Position numbers and translations under genes: made by a program. Shown here piece after piece: positions 37,657-52,145 of a stretch of 64,000 nt of DNA (its first letter is position 1; the number at the start of each line of letters is the position of its first letter). Where the stretch lies: assembly GCF_006345805.1 (NCBI RefSeq), contig NC_043012.1:22196001-22260000 (forward strand), in the 5' to 3' direction. The stretch is from Octopus sinensis. Lineage: Eukaryota. Under the pieces are notes generated by a model. That model did no database searches, was not told the origin of the DNA, and worked only from the letters and a program-made list of their open reading frames with translations.

Positions 37657-38072
37657 GGCGCAGAAGTGGCTGTGTGGTAAGTAGCTTGCTAACCAACCAC
37701 ATGGTTCCGGGTTCAGTCCCACTGCGTGGCATCTTGGGCAAGTGTCTTCTGCTATAGCCCCAGGCCGACCAATGCCTTGTGAGTGGATTTGGTAGACGGA
37801 AACTGAAAGAAGCCTGTCGTATATATGTATATATATATGTGTGTGTGTATATGTTTGTGTGTCTGTGTTTGTCCCCCTAGCATTGCTTGACAACTGATGC
37901 TGGTGTGTTTACGTCCCCGTTACTTAGCGGTTCAGCAAAACAGACCGATAGAATAAGTACTGGGCTTACAAAGAATAAGTCCCGCGGTCGAGTTGCTCGA
38001 CTAAAGGCGGTGCTCCAGCATGGCCGCAGTCAAATGACTGAAACAAGTAAAAGAGTAAAAGAGAGTAAAGAG
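37657..38072 (+). mobile_element. Full-length SINE family 1 copy
   Basis: Near-identical to 350-770. Confidence 0.9.
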
Positions 38073-38381
38073 ATAGATAGATAGATTGGCGGACTGACGG
38101 GTGGATAGATATATGGATAGATGGATGGAAGCATTGGTGAATGGATTAGACTGGAGTGAACGAGAGAGAGAGAGAGAGAAAGAGAGGAGAAAATGATAGA
38201 ACGATGTCATACACAACTTACTCAAACCCACTGACTCACTCACTCACTCACTCACTCACTCACTTTACAACGTTATGTCTAACCCTCCGTTTATTGTAGT
38301 ACTGTAACTTTCCTCTGCCTCTTTTCTCTTCTAATCCTCTTTTGTTTGCCCAACTATTTCGTTCTATCATTTTCTCCTATC

Positions 38382-38447
<66 letters not shown>

Positions 38448-38630
38448 TGTTTGGAAACGGAAAGAAGACGTAAGGGAAGATTTTCCTTGAGTGGAAAAAA
38501 CAAGATACACACACACACGCGCACACTAACTTGCTGACTCCATTATTTCTTATCTCCCCTCTCTCAAATACGCAAACACACACACACACCACACACCACA
38601 CACACACACATATATATATATATATAAATG

Positions 38631-38685
<55 letters not shown>

Positions 38686-38709
38686 ATATATATACATGTA
38701 TATATATAT

Positions 38710-38775
<66 letters not shown>

Positions 38776-38778
<3 letters not shown>

Positions 38779-38965
38779 TGAAATTTACAGAAAAAAACAA
38801 AAGACAAAGACATGTGTATAAACAACAAGCAGGTGTATTACTTTAACGCTTGGGAAGGTGAGAAAGTATTTTATGTTTCGAGCCTACGCTCTTCGACAGA
38901 AAGCAACACAAGGAAATAAACAGAGAAAATATAAAAAAGAACTTGTGGATTTAGCGGTCAATCAT
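38776..38965 (-). mobile_element. Family A mini-element
   Basis: Minus strand ctttctgtcgaagagcgtaggctcgaaacataaaat at 38869-38903, adjacent to (TA)n. Confidence 0.7.
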
Positions 38966-39592
38966 ACACACACACATACACACACAGAGGTGTAGGTGGA
39001 TGGTTGAGAAGCTTGGTTCTCAACTACATGGTTCCGGGTTCAGTCCCAGAGCGTAACACCTCTGACATCTTCTATAGCCCTAAATGGACCAAAATCTTGT
39101 GAGTGGATTTGGTAAACTGAAACTACATGTATATAAACTACATATGTAAATGTGTGTGTTTGTTTGTCTGTGTGTGAGAGAGAGAGAGAGGGGGGAGGGA
39201 GTTTGTGTTTCCTTTCTTTCTATTGCGTGGTATTTGTAAACGAGTGTCACCGTCATTATTGCTGTGTCCTTCATTTCCAATCTTCCTTGTAAACAGGTCG
39301 GGGGATAGAGGAATATTAACTGGGTTGGAAACAAATGAGGGTTACAATCAGGGAGAGCATCCGACCATAGAAAATCTTCCTAACAAAAAGTGTGTGAGGG
39401 ACGCCGGAATAACGGAGTGAATGAATTTGAGAATAAAGAGTGAGTAGAAATAAAATGAATAATAAAAGAAGACAAAATGTAACATAATGGAACAAGGCTT
39501 GAAGCAAAATCTTTAAGAATTACTGAATGGGAGTAGAAATAAGTCCCGTCATTTTTTACCGGTACTACACTAATACACACACACACACACAC

Positions 39593-39665
<73 letters not shown>

Positions 39666-39696
39666 GAAACTGAGAAAAAGAAGGAAAACAGAACCG

Positions 39697-39727
<31 letters not shown>

Positions 39728-39872
39728 CTCTCTTATTTTTTAATTAGCAACGGATCACAAGTCGAAAGTTTGAAGATAAAATACTGTTTACTATTTACTA
39801 CGCATTACTCTCAATAATTACCATTATCAGTAAACTTATAATTTTGTTTACTTCAAAAAGGAGGAAAAAAAG

Positions 39873-39909
<37 letters not shown>

Positions 39910-41089
39910 TGATAATAATTTGTAAGTCGTTGTCTGACAATAAATGCGCTCCTTCGGTGAACGTTCAGCAAAATAAATTTCTCAGTTTCTTCCACCTCCA
40001 TCTTTTCCTCTTCCATCTTCTCTACATCCTCCTCCTCCTCCTCCATTTTCCCATCCTCTTATCCCAACCTCATCCGTATTTTCGCCTGGTATTTGAGAGA
40101 CTTGTCTTTCTTTCTTTCCGTGGGAAATGTTCCTTAATATATTGAGCAATTTACGAGAAAGCTACGAACCAATGATTGGTTTTAATACCAACGTGATATC
40201 TTCAATATGATATCTTTCCGTAGAAATGCTCATTACTTTTATTGCCAGAATAATAACGCACGGGGGAGAAGAATATTGTGCACCAATGGACGAAGCTATT
40301 TGCAAATAACTTGCTCTAATATTTGCAATTACTTTATGCATGTGCATTAACAATCATTGTTCCTTGCATCTCATGCTCCCATACGTTATATCTTAGACTC
40401 TTTCTTTCATTTGCTCGTTTTTTTTTCTCTTTTTCTCTTTTTTCTTTTAGTTTCTGTATGGATGGTCTGGTATGGCGGCGATAGTTGTATTGGTGTTGGT
40501 TTATTTCTTTCGTCTCTCTTACTTTCACTTTCGCTAGTCGTTGTTATGCATGAATGATTAGAGAGTTATGTATGTGTGGGCATAATGTTTTTTGATCTAT
40601 GAGGCGAATGTGTTAGTAGCATTACTGAGTACATACTGTTTGATACGGTTAATGTATGCTACCATTAAATTGCTGTACTCATAAAAGACGCGTCTGCGCG
40701 TTTGTTTTGTTACGCTTCTTTTATTATTTTTACAGGCCTGTATTTATGCTTTGTCTGAACATTTACAAGCATCGGGGATATATAAACAAGCATGAACTGG
40801 CTTAGGTGAGCACGCACATGCAACTTGCACGTTAGCCATCTTGCCACCTGATTGACTGACGGTTTGGATGGATGGATGGATGGGTGGGTGGACGGGTGGA
40901 CGGGTGGACGAAGCGCTAGAGAGATGGATGAAGTGAGAAATGGCTGGATTGCTGGTCAGAGGGAGATGTGGATGGATGGATGGTTGGACTGGATTGGATT
41001 GAGGAATAGTTACGTGGTTAATTAGATGAGTGGATGGTTGCAAAGACTGAGACAAAGATGGAATGGATATATTGTGTGTGGAGAGAAAG

Positions 41090-41129
<40 letters not shown>

Positions 41130-41692
41130 GTAGGCTAAGTAAGTGGATATATAAATAGCCAGCTGGATCTTGCGTTGGAGGGATAGATAAGGTGGGTGGC
41201 TGGCTGGATGCTTAGGCGTTAGATTGTTAGAAGAGCGAATAGTAAGAAAAATGAATGGATGCAGGGCTGGATAACAAAGTGATGGATGATGTATGTATGG
41301 CTAACATGCTGGCTATTCGATATCTTACTACTACATAACAACTCAACTGTATGTCTGAAGAACAAATAACTAGCTAACAAGAAAAGATTTTGTGCGGTCG
41401 CTCGACCTGGTAGACACAACAGCCAAATTCTCCTTCAGATTGCAACCTTATCGTTTTCAGAAAAGAGATAAAAGTGGTGGAGGACAAATTCAGATAATTT
41501 AGTCTTGAACATAGAAAAAGACGAGATGGTCAGGGTTAGAGTGTCTTTGATTATAAGTTTGCTTAATTGGAGAGTGATCTAAGAGTGAACTACTACTACT
41601 ATTATCACCACCATCACCACTTTTGTTGCTACCGGTACCTTTACCACCGCCGCCGCCACCACCACCACCACCACCACCACCACCACCACACC

Positions 41693-41738
<46 letters not shown>

Positions 41739-42559
41739 TCATTAGTTGTTTCTTATATTTCAGTAACCCGGATTTGTTGACCAGTCGTAGCCATTGAATT
41801 GTACACACTATCCTAACAACCTCTCAGAAATAGGTTCTCGACACGGAATAGGGAGGGAGCTTGTACATGGTCTTTTGTCTTGCTAGAAACAGAAGGAAAA
41901 TCCCTCCTCAAAAAGTACCGCGGCATTTTAATAATAGTGCACATTTGGTGCTGTAGTCCTAGATATACAGTCATCATCATCATTATCATCACCACCGTCA
42001 TCACCATTTAAGGTCCATTTTCCTTGCTGACATGGGCTGGACGATTTCGACAATGAGCTGAGAAGTCAGTGGGTTGTGCCAATCTCCGAAATCTACTTTG
42101 GTATGGTTTCTCCAGCTGGATACCCTTCTTAACACCAACCACCCTACTGAATGGATTGGGTGCTTTTTTTTATGTGGCACCAGTACTAATTTGTTCACCA
42201 AGAAAGGTGAAAAGTCTTATTGAAGATGGGTGGGGAGTCTTTGTGCCAGGCGACGAAAGGTTAAAGTATGAAAGAGGGACAGAATGTAATCACAACAAGA
42301 ATCGTTTTAACCAATTTGGCGGCGAATTGGCATTGTGGTTAGTGGGGGTAAGTCAAAAATACCTCTTAGTTTTTGTCCGGTTCCTTACTTTCCGAGTTCA
42401 AAACCTGCTCAGATCAATAGTGTCTTTTATACTTTCGGGGTTTATAAAATAAAGGTGAATTGGCATAACTGTTGTGGAATTGGATACGTCTACCATGCGA
42501 TACCTGTTCTGACTGTTTGCTTATGCCGTTGCTCGGTTCTAGGTTTCTTTTGGTGGAGT

Positions 42560-43210
42560 CCACTCTGTTGCGAGCATTCCAGACAGATCTTCGATTTAAA
42601 AATTACTTCCTTCCTTAATTCCAACAAAAATAAAGAGCTTCTAAGTGTGCCATTCCCTTATTAAACGCTAAAAACATTTACACCTGATATAAGGCTAAAC
42701 TACAGAAATACTATAAATGTCACTATCGATACATATTCCTTTGAGATGTCATCATTATTGTTGCTCCGCATCACCAGAATCTATAACGCTCTTTCGATTC
42801 CAAGCTGAAGTAATTCTACCTGCTCCCCATTTGGGTGAAGGAGAAACTCTTCTAGAAAGCATTGAGAATGATATCTTCTCTGTAAATAGATTAAACAGCA
42901 ACAAGTAAAATAATTTGTGTTTTGGTGACTAAATTCTGAGAATTATTTTGGAAATTTTGCAACAAGAAATTATCACCAATTCGATTAGTGATCATCTACT
43001 TATTTTCCAGAGATTTATTTTCCAAAATACGATTATTTTAAGAGATTGGAAGCAAAATAAGTGTGGTGAATTAGCAGTTATTAAAGCGTCGAAGATAGTT
43101 GTTCTGTGATCTAATCCTGCTGAGATCAACTTTATCTTAATCCCATCGGTATTGGTAAAGCACAATACAAATACTACCGGTGATCTTTCTTCTCTCTCTC
43201 TCTCTCTCTC

Positions 43211-43264
<54 letters not shown>

Positions 43265-43490
43265 AGTTACAGATGACAAAATGCTATCTCTTTTAATTAC
43301 CCAACGAAAAACAACAGAAAACCACCTTGAAATTCTCCCAAGGAAATTCCATACTAAGTACAATATTTCTGTCAAAGGAGTCCTCGAATCTTCACCTGGT
43401 CTTCTCCTCTCACATGTACAATATAGGGACGCAATAAGCTTAATGTGGATAACCCTCTTGCGACATTATAATTAGCTTATCAAAATTGTT
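42560..43490 (+). pseudogene. Possible heavily decayed leucine-rich-repeat coding remnant
   Basis: Manual translation shows roughly 24-residue LRR-like spacing (LNSNKNKELLSVPFPY*TLK; IRLNYRNTINVTIDTYSFEMSSLLLL; LESIENDIFSVNRL; ENHLEILPRKF) broken by stops and frameshifts. Pattern-level evidence only. Confidence 0.25.
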
Positions 43491-43570
43491 ATCTTCATCT
43501 TCTAAGATACACGGTAAATTTTACATTTGCCAAAACCACTCAAAAAAGCCTTTGAATGGATTTTGTGGAT

Positions 43571-43588
43571 GGAAACTGAAAGAAACAC

Positions 43589-43623
<35 letters not shown>

Positions 43624-43642
43624 CTATCTATCTATCTATCTT

Positions 43643-43679
<37 letters not shown>

Positions 43680-43805
43680 TTATATATCTATCTATTTATA
43701 TATATATCTATTTATCTACCTATCTATTTATCTCTCTATCTAGCTAGCTAACTAGCTATATCCATCTATCTATCTATCTATCTATATCTATCTGTCTGTC
43801 TGTCT
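43571..43805. repeat. (CTAT)n microsatellite
   Basis: Direct observation. Confidence 0.95.
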
Positions 43806-43839
43806 GTACGCGATTATTACTGCCTCCTTGTCTTGAGGT

Positions 43840-44385
43840 CATGTGATAGTTGTAAATGAGTGTCACCGCCATGCAAGCAGTGTTTTTCGTTTCCAATATT
43901 CCGGGAAAAAACATGACTGGTCGTGGGGAAATATCACATTACTTGAAAGCAAGTGAGGATTGGCGACAAGAATGGCATCCGGCTGCACAAAATCTGTTTC
44001 CGACCCATGCGAGCATGGAAAAGTGGACGTTCAAACAATGGCTGGAAAATGGCAGGTCGACTTTGCATTTCATCATTTGGGGGTTGATGAAATAAATACC
44101 AGTCGAACAGTGGGGTCGACGGAGTCGACTTGTCCCCTGCCCTGAAATGTCTGGTCTTGTGCCTTTAACAGAAAGGATTATTATTATTATTATTATCATA
44201 AGGCAGTGAGCTGGCAGAATCGTTAGCACGCCGTCTTTAACGTTCCACTGAGGTTGGCGTTACCTTTCATCCTTTTGGAGTCGGTAAAATAAGGACCAGT
44301 TGAACATTGGTATCTATATAATCGACTTGCTCCACTCTCCCTCAAAATTCACGCCTTGTACCTGTATTAGTAAGAATTATTATTA
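43840..44385 (+). mobile_element. Stack of old SINE fragments (family 1 with alternative tail; family 2)
   Basis: ggcatccggc..gcatggaaaagtggacgttc tail, then family-2 cores at about 44055 and 44202. Confidence 0.65.
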
Positions 44386-44524
44386 GGATGGAGCAAAAGA
44401 AAAGCATCCTCGATGCCCGAAAATATGATGGTGTATCTATTTTGAGGATTGTTTTTTTTATGTTAAAACTGGCAAACAAGCTTGACATTCAAAATGTGAT
44501 ATGTAATATGTTTGTTCCTTCTCG

Positions 44525-44778
44525 AGCATGCCTGGCTCATTAGGGCCGGTGTCCCGGTTTCCTTGGCGTATAGGTTTCCCATCTGGACGGGAAGCCGGTC
44601 CGTCGCAGGTGAGCTGCAAGATGCAGGAGGAAAGAGTGAGAGAAAGTTGTGGCGAAAAGAACCAGCAGAAGTTCGCCATTACCTTCTGCCCGAGCCGCGT
44701 GAAGCTTAGGTGTTTCGCTCATAAACACACACATCGTCGCTATCCCTTGACCGCGAGTCCGCTGCTCTAACCACTGGG
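44525..44778 (-). mobile_element. SINE family 3, tail type b-related
   Basis: Family-3 head remnant plus tgcgacggaccggcttcccgtccag domain. Confidence 0.7.
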
Positions 44779-45198
44779 ATGGAAGCACTCCGTCGGTTAC
44801 GACGATGAGGGTTCCAGTTGATCCGAATCAACGGAACAGCCTGCTCGTGAAATTAACGTGTAAGTGGCTGAGCACTCCATAGACACGTGTACCCTTAACG
44901 TAGTTCTCGGGGATATTCAGCGTGACACAGAGAGTGACAAGGCCGACCCTTTGAAATACAGGTACAACAGAAACAGGAAGTAAGAGTGAGAGTGAGAGAA
45001 AGTTGTGGTGAAAGAGTACAGCAGGGATCACCACCATCCCCTGACGGGGCCTCGTGGAGCTTTAGGTGTTTTCGCTCAATAAACACTCACAACGCCCGGT
45101 CTGGGAATCGAAACCGCGATCCTATGACCGCGAGTCCGCTGCCCTAACCACTGGGCTATTGCGCCGCCTCTAACCACTAGGCCATGTGCCTCCACGAT
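44779..45198 (-). mobile_element. Full-length SINE family 3, tail type c
   Basis: Head near-identical to 18292-18100, with a different 3' half (..gagaactacgttaagggtacacgtgtc..ccgacggagtgcttcc). Confidence 0.85.
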
Positions 45199-45739
45199 AT
45201 GTAATATAACCTGTACAATTTCTCTGCCACGACTCCTCTAATATTACACCGAACTAAAAGTATATTAATAACTCCATATTGCCATAACTTACTTTTCCAT
45301 CAACTATCGACGCAGTGTCATGTCTTTTATTAATAATGTAATAATTTTTACAGCAAACATTTTACATTTTGGCAGCAAATAATTAACTATTTTTCTCTTT
45401 CCTTCGTAGTAAAGCCTGACCAAATTGTGATATCATTTTAATAGTCTGCCCATATCTGATATCACTTTTATAGCCTGTTCACATTTGATATCATTTTTAT
45501 ATCTTAATTTCTTCCATAATCTTGTTTCCTGCGCTTGTTAATGATACAATGTTTTCTTCGGATCAATTTTAAATGCTAATCAGTCACATCGCTATTTTAT
45601 TTATTTATTTAGTTATTTATTAAGCACTTTCTTAAAATAATTTTTTTGAAAAATCTAACCAGAGGAATACTTCAGGTACAACGAAAAGTGCGAGTAAACT
45701 GATGGCGGTCTGGTTTTGGCGAAGTTTACGATCTTATTT

Positions 45740-46150
45740 GCTACTTGTTTAGGTGATTAGACTGCGGCCATGCTGGAGTACTGTTTTGAAGAGTTTAATC
45801 GGACAAATTCACTCCAGTACTTATTATTTGAGTCTGGTACTTATACTATTGGGTTCTTTAGCCGAACCGCTAGGTTACGAGGAGATAAACAAACCAATAC
45901 CAATTGTCAAGCGGTAGAAGGAGAGACAAACGCACAGAAAGACTTACACCCTTCCATATATATATATATAGATAGATATATATATATACGGCGAGCTTCC
46001 ACACCGTTTCTATCAACCAAATTCATTCACAAGGCATTGGTCAACCTGGGGTTATAGGAGACATTTGCCCAAGGTATCGCTCGATGGATCTGAACCCGAA
46101 ATCATGCGGTTGTAAAGCGAGCTTCTTAACAACACGCCCATGTCTACGCC
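45740..46150 (-). mobile_element. Old SINE family 1 copy
   Basis: Degenerate reverse complement of family 1. Confidence 0.7.
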
Positions 46151-46723
46151 TATTCCACGAAGTTATACATGGAGTTAAGGATAAATTAACTGGATAACTA
46201 GATAGGTAGAAAGATAGACAGAATGACGGAAAGAACTATAGATTTATTCTATAGATTTATTCATGTATTGAGCGAACGATACATGGGTAAGGTAGATTAA
46301 ATAAGACTGTTCTAAAGAGTCTTTGCTTTTGTGCAATATATAGTGTATGCCATATGTATTCACACTTAATAGCTTTATTAACAGAGATAGTTCAAACAAA
46401 ACAGTGATGATCTGAAGAGATTTACAGGTGAGAAAGGGATTAGTGACTGTAGGAAAGCATTATGAAATGAGGTGTTATGAATAAAGTGTCGGATATTGAT
46501 CGGCGATCGGTTCATTGTAGGGAAAATAGCAGACGCAGCAGTAACAGCAATATCGATATCAAGTGATTTACAATCACAGCGAGTTCGTTTAAACCTGCGA
46601 GACTCGTCTCGAGAAATGGCAGACAAACCTATTTTGAATTGCATTTTTGTAGTCTTGAACTTTTGAATGAAGTCTGTTCTATAGACGCAAGCATAGCTGT
46701 ATGACAAGATGTTTGATTCCCAA

Positions 46724-47070
46724 GGCGGCGAGCTGGCAGAACCGTTAGCACGCCGGGCGAAATGCTTAGCGGTATTTCGTCTGCCGCTGCGTTCTGAGTT
46801 CAAATTCCGCCGAGGTTTAGTTGATTAAGGGTGTTACAATCGCGATCGTAAAGTAGTGGGTTCGATTCCCAGACCGGGCGATGCGTTGTGTTCTTTGAGC
46901 AAAATGTCTTCATTTCACGTTCTTCCGGTTCACTCAGAAGCCAGTGAGTTCCAGCGATGCATGGGAAGTTCAACCTTCGATGGACTGGCGTCCTGTTCTG
47001 GGTGGTTGAGAAGCGCTTTCACTTCAGTCGCTTATACACCATTGAAACCTTGTTAAACTTGTGAGTCCTA
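46724..47070 (+). mobile_element. SINE family 2 head (46724-46816) abutting a degenerate family 3 tail-b copy
   Basis: Direct similarity to other copies. Confidence 0.7.
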
Positions 47071-47558
47071 GGACTCTGAAAGAAAAAAAAGAGTAGTGGT
47101 GACAGTGGTGGCGGCGGTAGTAGTGGTAGTAGTAGTAGGAGGAGGAGGAGGAGGAGGAGGAGGAGGGGGTCTTCGTGAGTTTTGCATAGCAATGAAGTTC
47201 TAGAACGAACCATTTTTTCATGCAAATATATTAGTAAACTAAAACAAACATAACTGCTATCATCATCGCCATCATCATCACAAACTACTTCAGCGTCTGC
47301 GCAGGCGCAGTGGTTCTTAGCTCCATGTGGTACCAGGCAAGAGGGGACTTAACGCCTACGTAAGAGAAATAAAAAAAAAAAAACAGAAAATAATACTAAA
47401 CATAAAAACAATGAATATTTCGAAATGTTAATATATAGGAAGGAATATTGGAATATCGGAATATTGGAATATGTTGCGGCCTTGAGACAAAAATATTGGA
47501 ACTATTCCAAAATCTGTTCTACACTACACCATAATATAGGCATTATATAATGTACTGC

Positions 47559-48500
47559 TACCACCACCACCACCACCACAACGCACTACAACTACTACTA
47601 CCACCATCACTTCCAGGACGCCATCTTCACCACCACCACTACCACCAGCGCCGCTACAGTTATTTCATCACTCTACCAATACACCAATCACAACTGCCAC
47701 CTTCATTACCACAACCATCGCCACTGGAACCACCAAGACTATCACCACCACTACCACCACCACTACTACCACCTACACTAGCAATGATGTTACTATCAGT
47801 ATTTCCACTACTATCACCTCCACACTACGTCTTCCATCACCACCGCAACTACCGTCACCATCACCACCACAAACGCCACCACTGTCACCACCACCACCAC
47901 AACAACCACCGCTACCACTACTACCACGACAACCACCACCGCAGCTACCATCACCATCACCACCACAAACACCACCACTGTCACCACTACCACCACAACC
48001 ACCGCTACCACTACCACCACGACAACCACCACCGCAACTATCACCACCATCACCACCACAAACACCACCACTGTCACTACCACCACAACAACCACCGCTA
48101 CCACTACCACCACGACAACCACCACCGTAACCACCACCAGCACAACTATCACCTTCACCACCGCCACCAATGCCTTCGCCACCACTACTGCTATTACCAC
48201 ACCAATCTCTTAAAACCCTTCACTACCACCATCACAACCATCATCATCATCATGATCGAGAATACCACCACCATCGCTACTACTTCCCATACAGTAACTA
48301 CCGTTAGTACCACCACTTCCGACTCCATAACCACTAACACCGCCGCCGCCACCACCGACCGTCACCACCACCACCACCACCATCCCAACCACACCAGGCA
48401 GTCAATCTTCAATATTTCATCTAACTTTTATTTCATAAAACTGTCTACAACAACAGCAACAACAACACCACCAGCAGCAGCAGCAGCAGCAGTAGCAGCT

Positions 48501-48536
<36 letters not shown>

Positions 48537-49085
48537 AAATTGCTGAAAGTGAGTCATGTCGGGCAAGATTCTATTACATGAATAAAAACCATTTATTACC
48601 ACCACCACCACGTTTACTTTCACCATCAACAGCACCATCATCACCACTACAACTACTACTACTACTACCACCACCACTTCCAGGACGCCATCTTCACCAT
48701 CACCACTACTGCCATTCAACGTTTTTATCACCACCACCACCACCACCACCACTGCCGCCGCTACAGTTATTTCAACACTCTACCAATACACCAATCACAA
48801 CTGCCGCCATCATTGCCACAACCATCACCATCATCATCACCACACTACCATCCTTACCACCACTACTACTACTACTAATACTACCACTACTACTACTACT
48901 AATACTACCACTACTACTACCATTGCTACTTCAACTGCTACTACCACTGCACCCACAGTTACCAGAATCGTCACTGCGAGCTTTATCACCCTCATTACTG
49001 CAACCAAAACCATCATCTTTGCCACCACTACCATCCTCATCCTCATCATCATCATCATCATCATCGTTGCTATCATTACTGCTAA
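47559..49085. repeat. ACC/ACT/ATC trinucleotide mosaic with higher-order repeat and internal duplication
   Basis: Unit of roughly 90 nt repeated about 3 times at about 47840-48125. A segment at about 47590-47700 is duplicated at about 48650-48810. Confidence 0.9.
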
Positions 49086-49932
49086 TACATGAGTGTTAAG
49101 CGCAGCTGTGACGGGTTGATGTTTAACCCCGAGCCAGCTTGATTGGGCTGACCTACGATGGAAGGAGTGAGTGCCACGCGTGACCATACCTAAGGGTTTA
49201 TATATCCAGAGCTACTTTATCCTGTGGGCCTTTCCCTACTTTTTCTTTTCTTTGTTTTGTTTTTATTACAAGACTGCGAGTTATAATTTCGAGGGTGTTT
49301 GGTTGCTGTGTTTAGCAGATCGAAAGAGCACGTAAAGGTTCCTTCTTGGTGGAACTGCTGGTAATAGTTGTTGCTGTTGTTGTTGTTGTTGTTGTTGTTT
49401 AGACCCGGTCAGCCGTGACCCCTCCTCAACAGACCTGTGATCAAACATTGTATCGGAGAGATATCTTGCAGTGTTTCTTCCCATTCTTTGTACTCTGAGT
49501 TCAAATCCTGGCATGGTCAACTTGTCATCCTTTCAGTGTCGATAATAATAAAAACATGTTTGTCAGGCGCAAACATGGCTGTGTGCATAAGTTCTCTTTT
49601 CTACCATAAGGCTGCGAGTTCAATCCCGCTGCACAGTAGTTTGGACAAATATCTGCTACTATAGCTCCGGAGCGACCAGTGCCTTCTCAGTGAATTTTCT
49701 ATTTCTTTCCAGCTTCTAGTCACGTGCTTTTCTCCAGACTATCAGATCTTTCCCCCTTTTCCTTTTCTCTCGGCGTTTTCCTCTTTCCGACGAAGCGCCA
49801 ACCACAAAATGTCTTTCACTGAACTTTAATCTAATATATTTCCTGTGTATGTCCAGTTGGCTTTCATTTGTTTTTCCTGCTTTTTCTGTTCATGGATCCC
49901 CCCCATCCATCCATACACACACACACACACAC

Positions 49933-51208
49933 AGAGGCTGACATGCAGGAAGTAAATAGACACCTTTAATTTTCAAAATCTTGTATTTAATGCGCAAAGC
50001 GAACAATTGAAATGTAATCGATAGGTAGGACTACATACTTTAGTAGTTAGTTGACATTCCCTTTACAGTTTTTAATTCAGAAACTCTTTTTGGCATTGAA
50101 CTGATGAGCTTTGTGATTGTCTCTTGTGGAATTTCTACTCACTTTTCACGCAACAATCGAAAAAGATTCATCTTTAGATTTAGGCTTCTGTCGAGGTTTT
50201 CGTATAGCTCTATCTAGTATGTTCCAAAGATTTTCAATTAGGTTCATGTCAGGAGATTGGCTCGCCCAAGGAAGCTTTTTGATCTCATTTTCAGTCAGCC
50301 ATTGTTGATTTCTTTTCGCTGTGTGGCATGGAGCCCCATCTTCCATGAATAAAATCTCATTTTCCGTTATGTTATCGTGTGAATACATCGGAAGTACACC
50401 GTGCTTAAGTATTTCGATGTATTTTTCAGAGTTTATGGTTCCAACACATTTGATCAGCTCAGAACGACCATTGCTGTTGACAGCTCCCCATATCATTACA
50501 GAGATACCGCCATGTTTCACAGTTGGTTGGAGTCGTTTCAAATCAAATTCTTGATTGGGAAGACTCCAGACCCAAACGCGCCCACTCTCTGAAAATAAGG
50601 CAAATCTGGATTCATCTGAGAAAATCATTCTATCCCAAAATGAACTGGATTTTTCTGACGTCCCCTCAGCCTATTTATTTATTTTCATGATATTAATTGG
50701 TTGAAGGAGAAGTTTTCTTCTAACTGCTCGTCCATAATATCTAAGCTTATGCGGATATGTACCACACATTCTTCGATTAACTTCTAGCTGTTTTGCAATG
50801 TCAGAAGCCTTCAAACGGGGTTCGTTTTCTACAGTTCTCTACAAACAGGGAAGCTGCCTTTCAGAGGGCCCAGGTTGGCCGGGACGAGAATCTGTTGATT
50901 CTTTTCCTTGGCTTTTGAATTGCACTATAATTCTATTAACAGTAGCAAGAGGAATTTGAAGGTTTTCGGCAATTTTTCGCTGGCTAAGACTAACCTCAGA
51001 TTGCCCAACACTATGACCTCTTTGAAAATCTGACAGTTCAGCTGATTTTTTTGCGCGTGACATGGTTACTCTTCGCAAATATTTAATATACTGGCACCTA
51101 GAATGAAAAAAACATAATTACATTGTAACTTCTACACCGCTGAAAACATATCAAGACGCTTAGATCAGAAATGTTTAAAATTAAAGGTGTCTATTTACTT
51201 CCTGCATG

Positions 51209-51210
<2 letters not shown>
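49933..51210 (-). mobile_element. Near-complete Tc1-family (DD34E) transposon, transposase disrupted
   Basis: TIRs of 30 bp or more, GACATGCAGGAAGTAAATAGACACCTTTAA (49940-49969 / 51181-51210). [16 protein letters not shown] start at 51063; IFSDESRF, FMEDGAPCH and QSPDMNLIENLW motifs; one stop and at least one frameshift. Confidence 0.92.
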
Positions 51211-51289
<79 letters not shown>

Positions 51290-51915
51290 TGTATGTATGG
51301 CTGAGTTTATTATCTCGTTCCACCGCTTGACAACCGGCGTTGATTTGCTTACGTCCTAGTGACACAGCAGTTTGATAAAAGACACTAATGGAGTACGTAC
51401 CATGCTTAAATAAGTATCCGAGTTGATGTAATCAGCTAAAACTGTAAAAATAGCTGGAGGCTGGATATTGAGTCAGAGCTGAAAGATAGCAGGGATCGAA
51501 CTGGAGAAGAACAAAAACGACAGTGCCGAGTCGAGAAAAATAGAGAAAAGATGTCGATGGCTTCAGCTTCATTGGGAGCGAAAGCCTTAAGTAAGATGAA
51601 CGCAGACGTGACCGAACGGTTAAGGAAATCGCTTCGCTATTCTTAGACCCTCGGTTTGATTCCGCTGCTTGGTATAATGGGCAAGTGACTTTTACAACAG
51701 TCTCAGACCGATCCTAGCTTTGTGCATGAAACTGGGTTGATGGAAACTACACAGAAGACCGCAATTCCATCTTAAGGCAGAAGCCCACTAGGCATCTGCT
51801 GGAGGACCCCATGTGTCTAGGGACCCAATTCTGATAAACGTCTGCTTTTCCTTGCTACCAACAGATACATACTGTGGAGCGCAATGTTGATTTGCGCGGG
51901 AAATGGGAAGGGCCT

Positions 51916-52145
51916 GGCGGCGAGCTGGCAGAAACGTTAGCACGCCAGGCGAAATGCGTAGCCGTATTTCGTCTGACGTTATGTTCTGAGTTCAAATCCC
52001 GCCGAGGTCGACTTTGCCTTTCATCCTTTCGGGGTCGATTAAATAAGTACCAGTTACGTACTGGGGTCGATATAATCGGCTTAATCCGTTTGTCTGTCCT
52101 TGTTTGTCTCCTCTGTGTTTAGCCCCTTGTGGGTAGTAAAGAAAT
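51916..52145 (+). mobile_element. Full-length SINE family 2 copy (Tx1-like tail)
   Basis: Near-identical to 3754-3987. Confidence 0.9.

Noticed and set aside
47435-47510. GGAATATT(G/C) 9-bp repeats as a heat-shock element
   Set aside because: They do not form the alternating nGAAn/nTTCn pattern.
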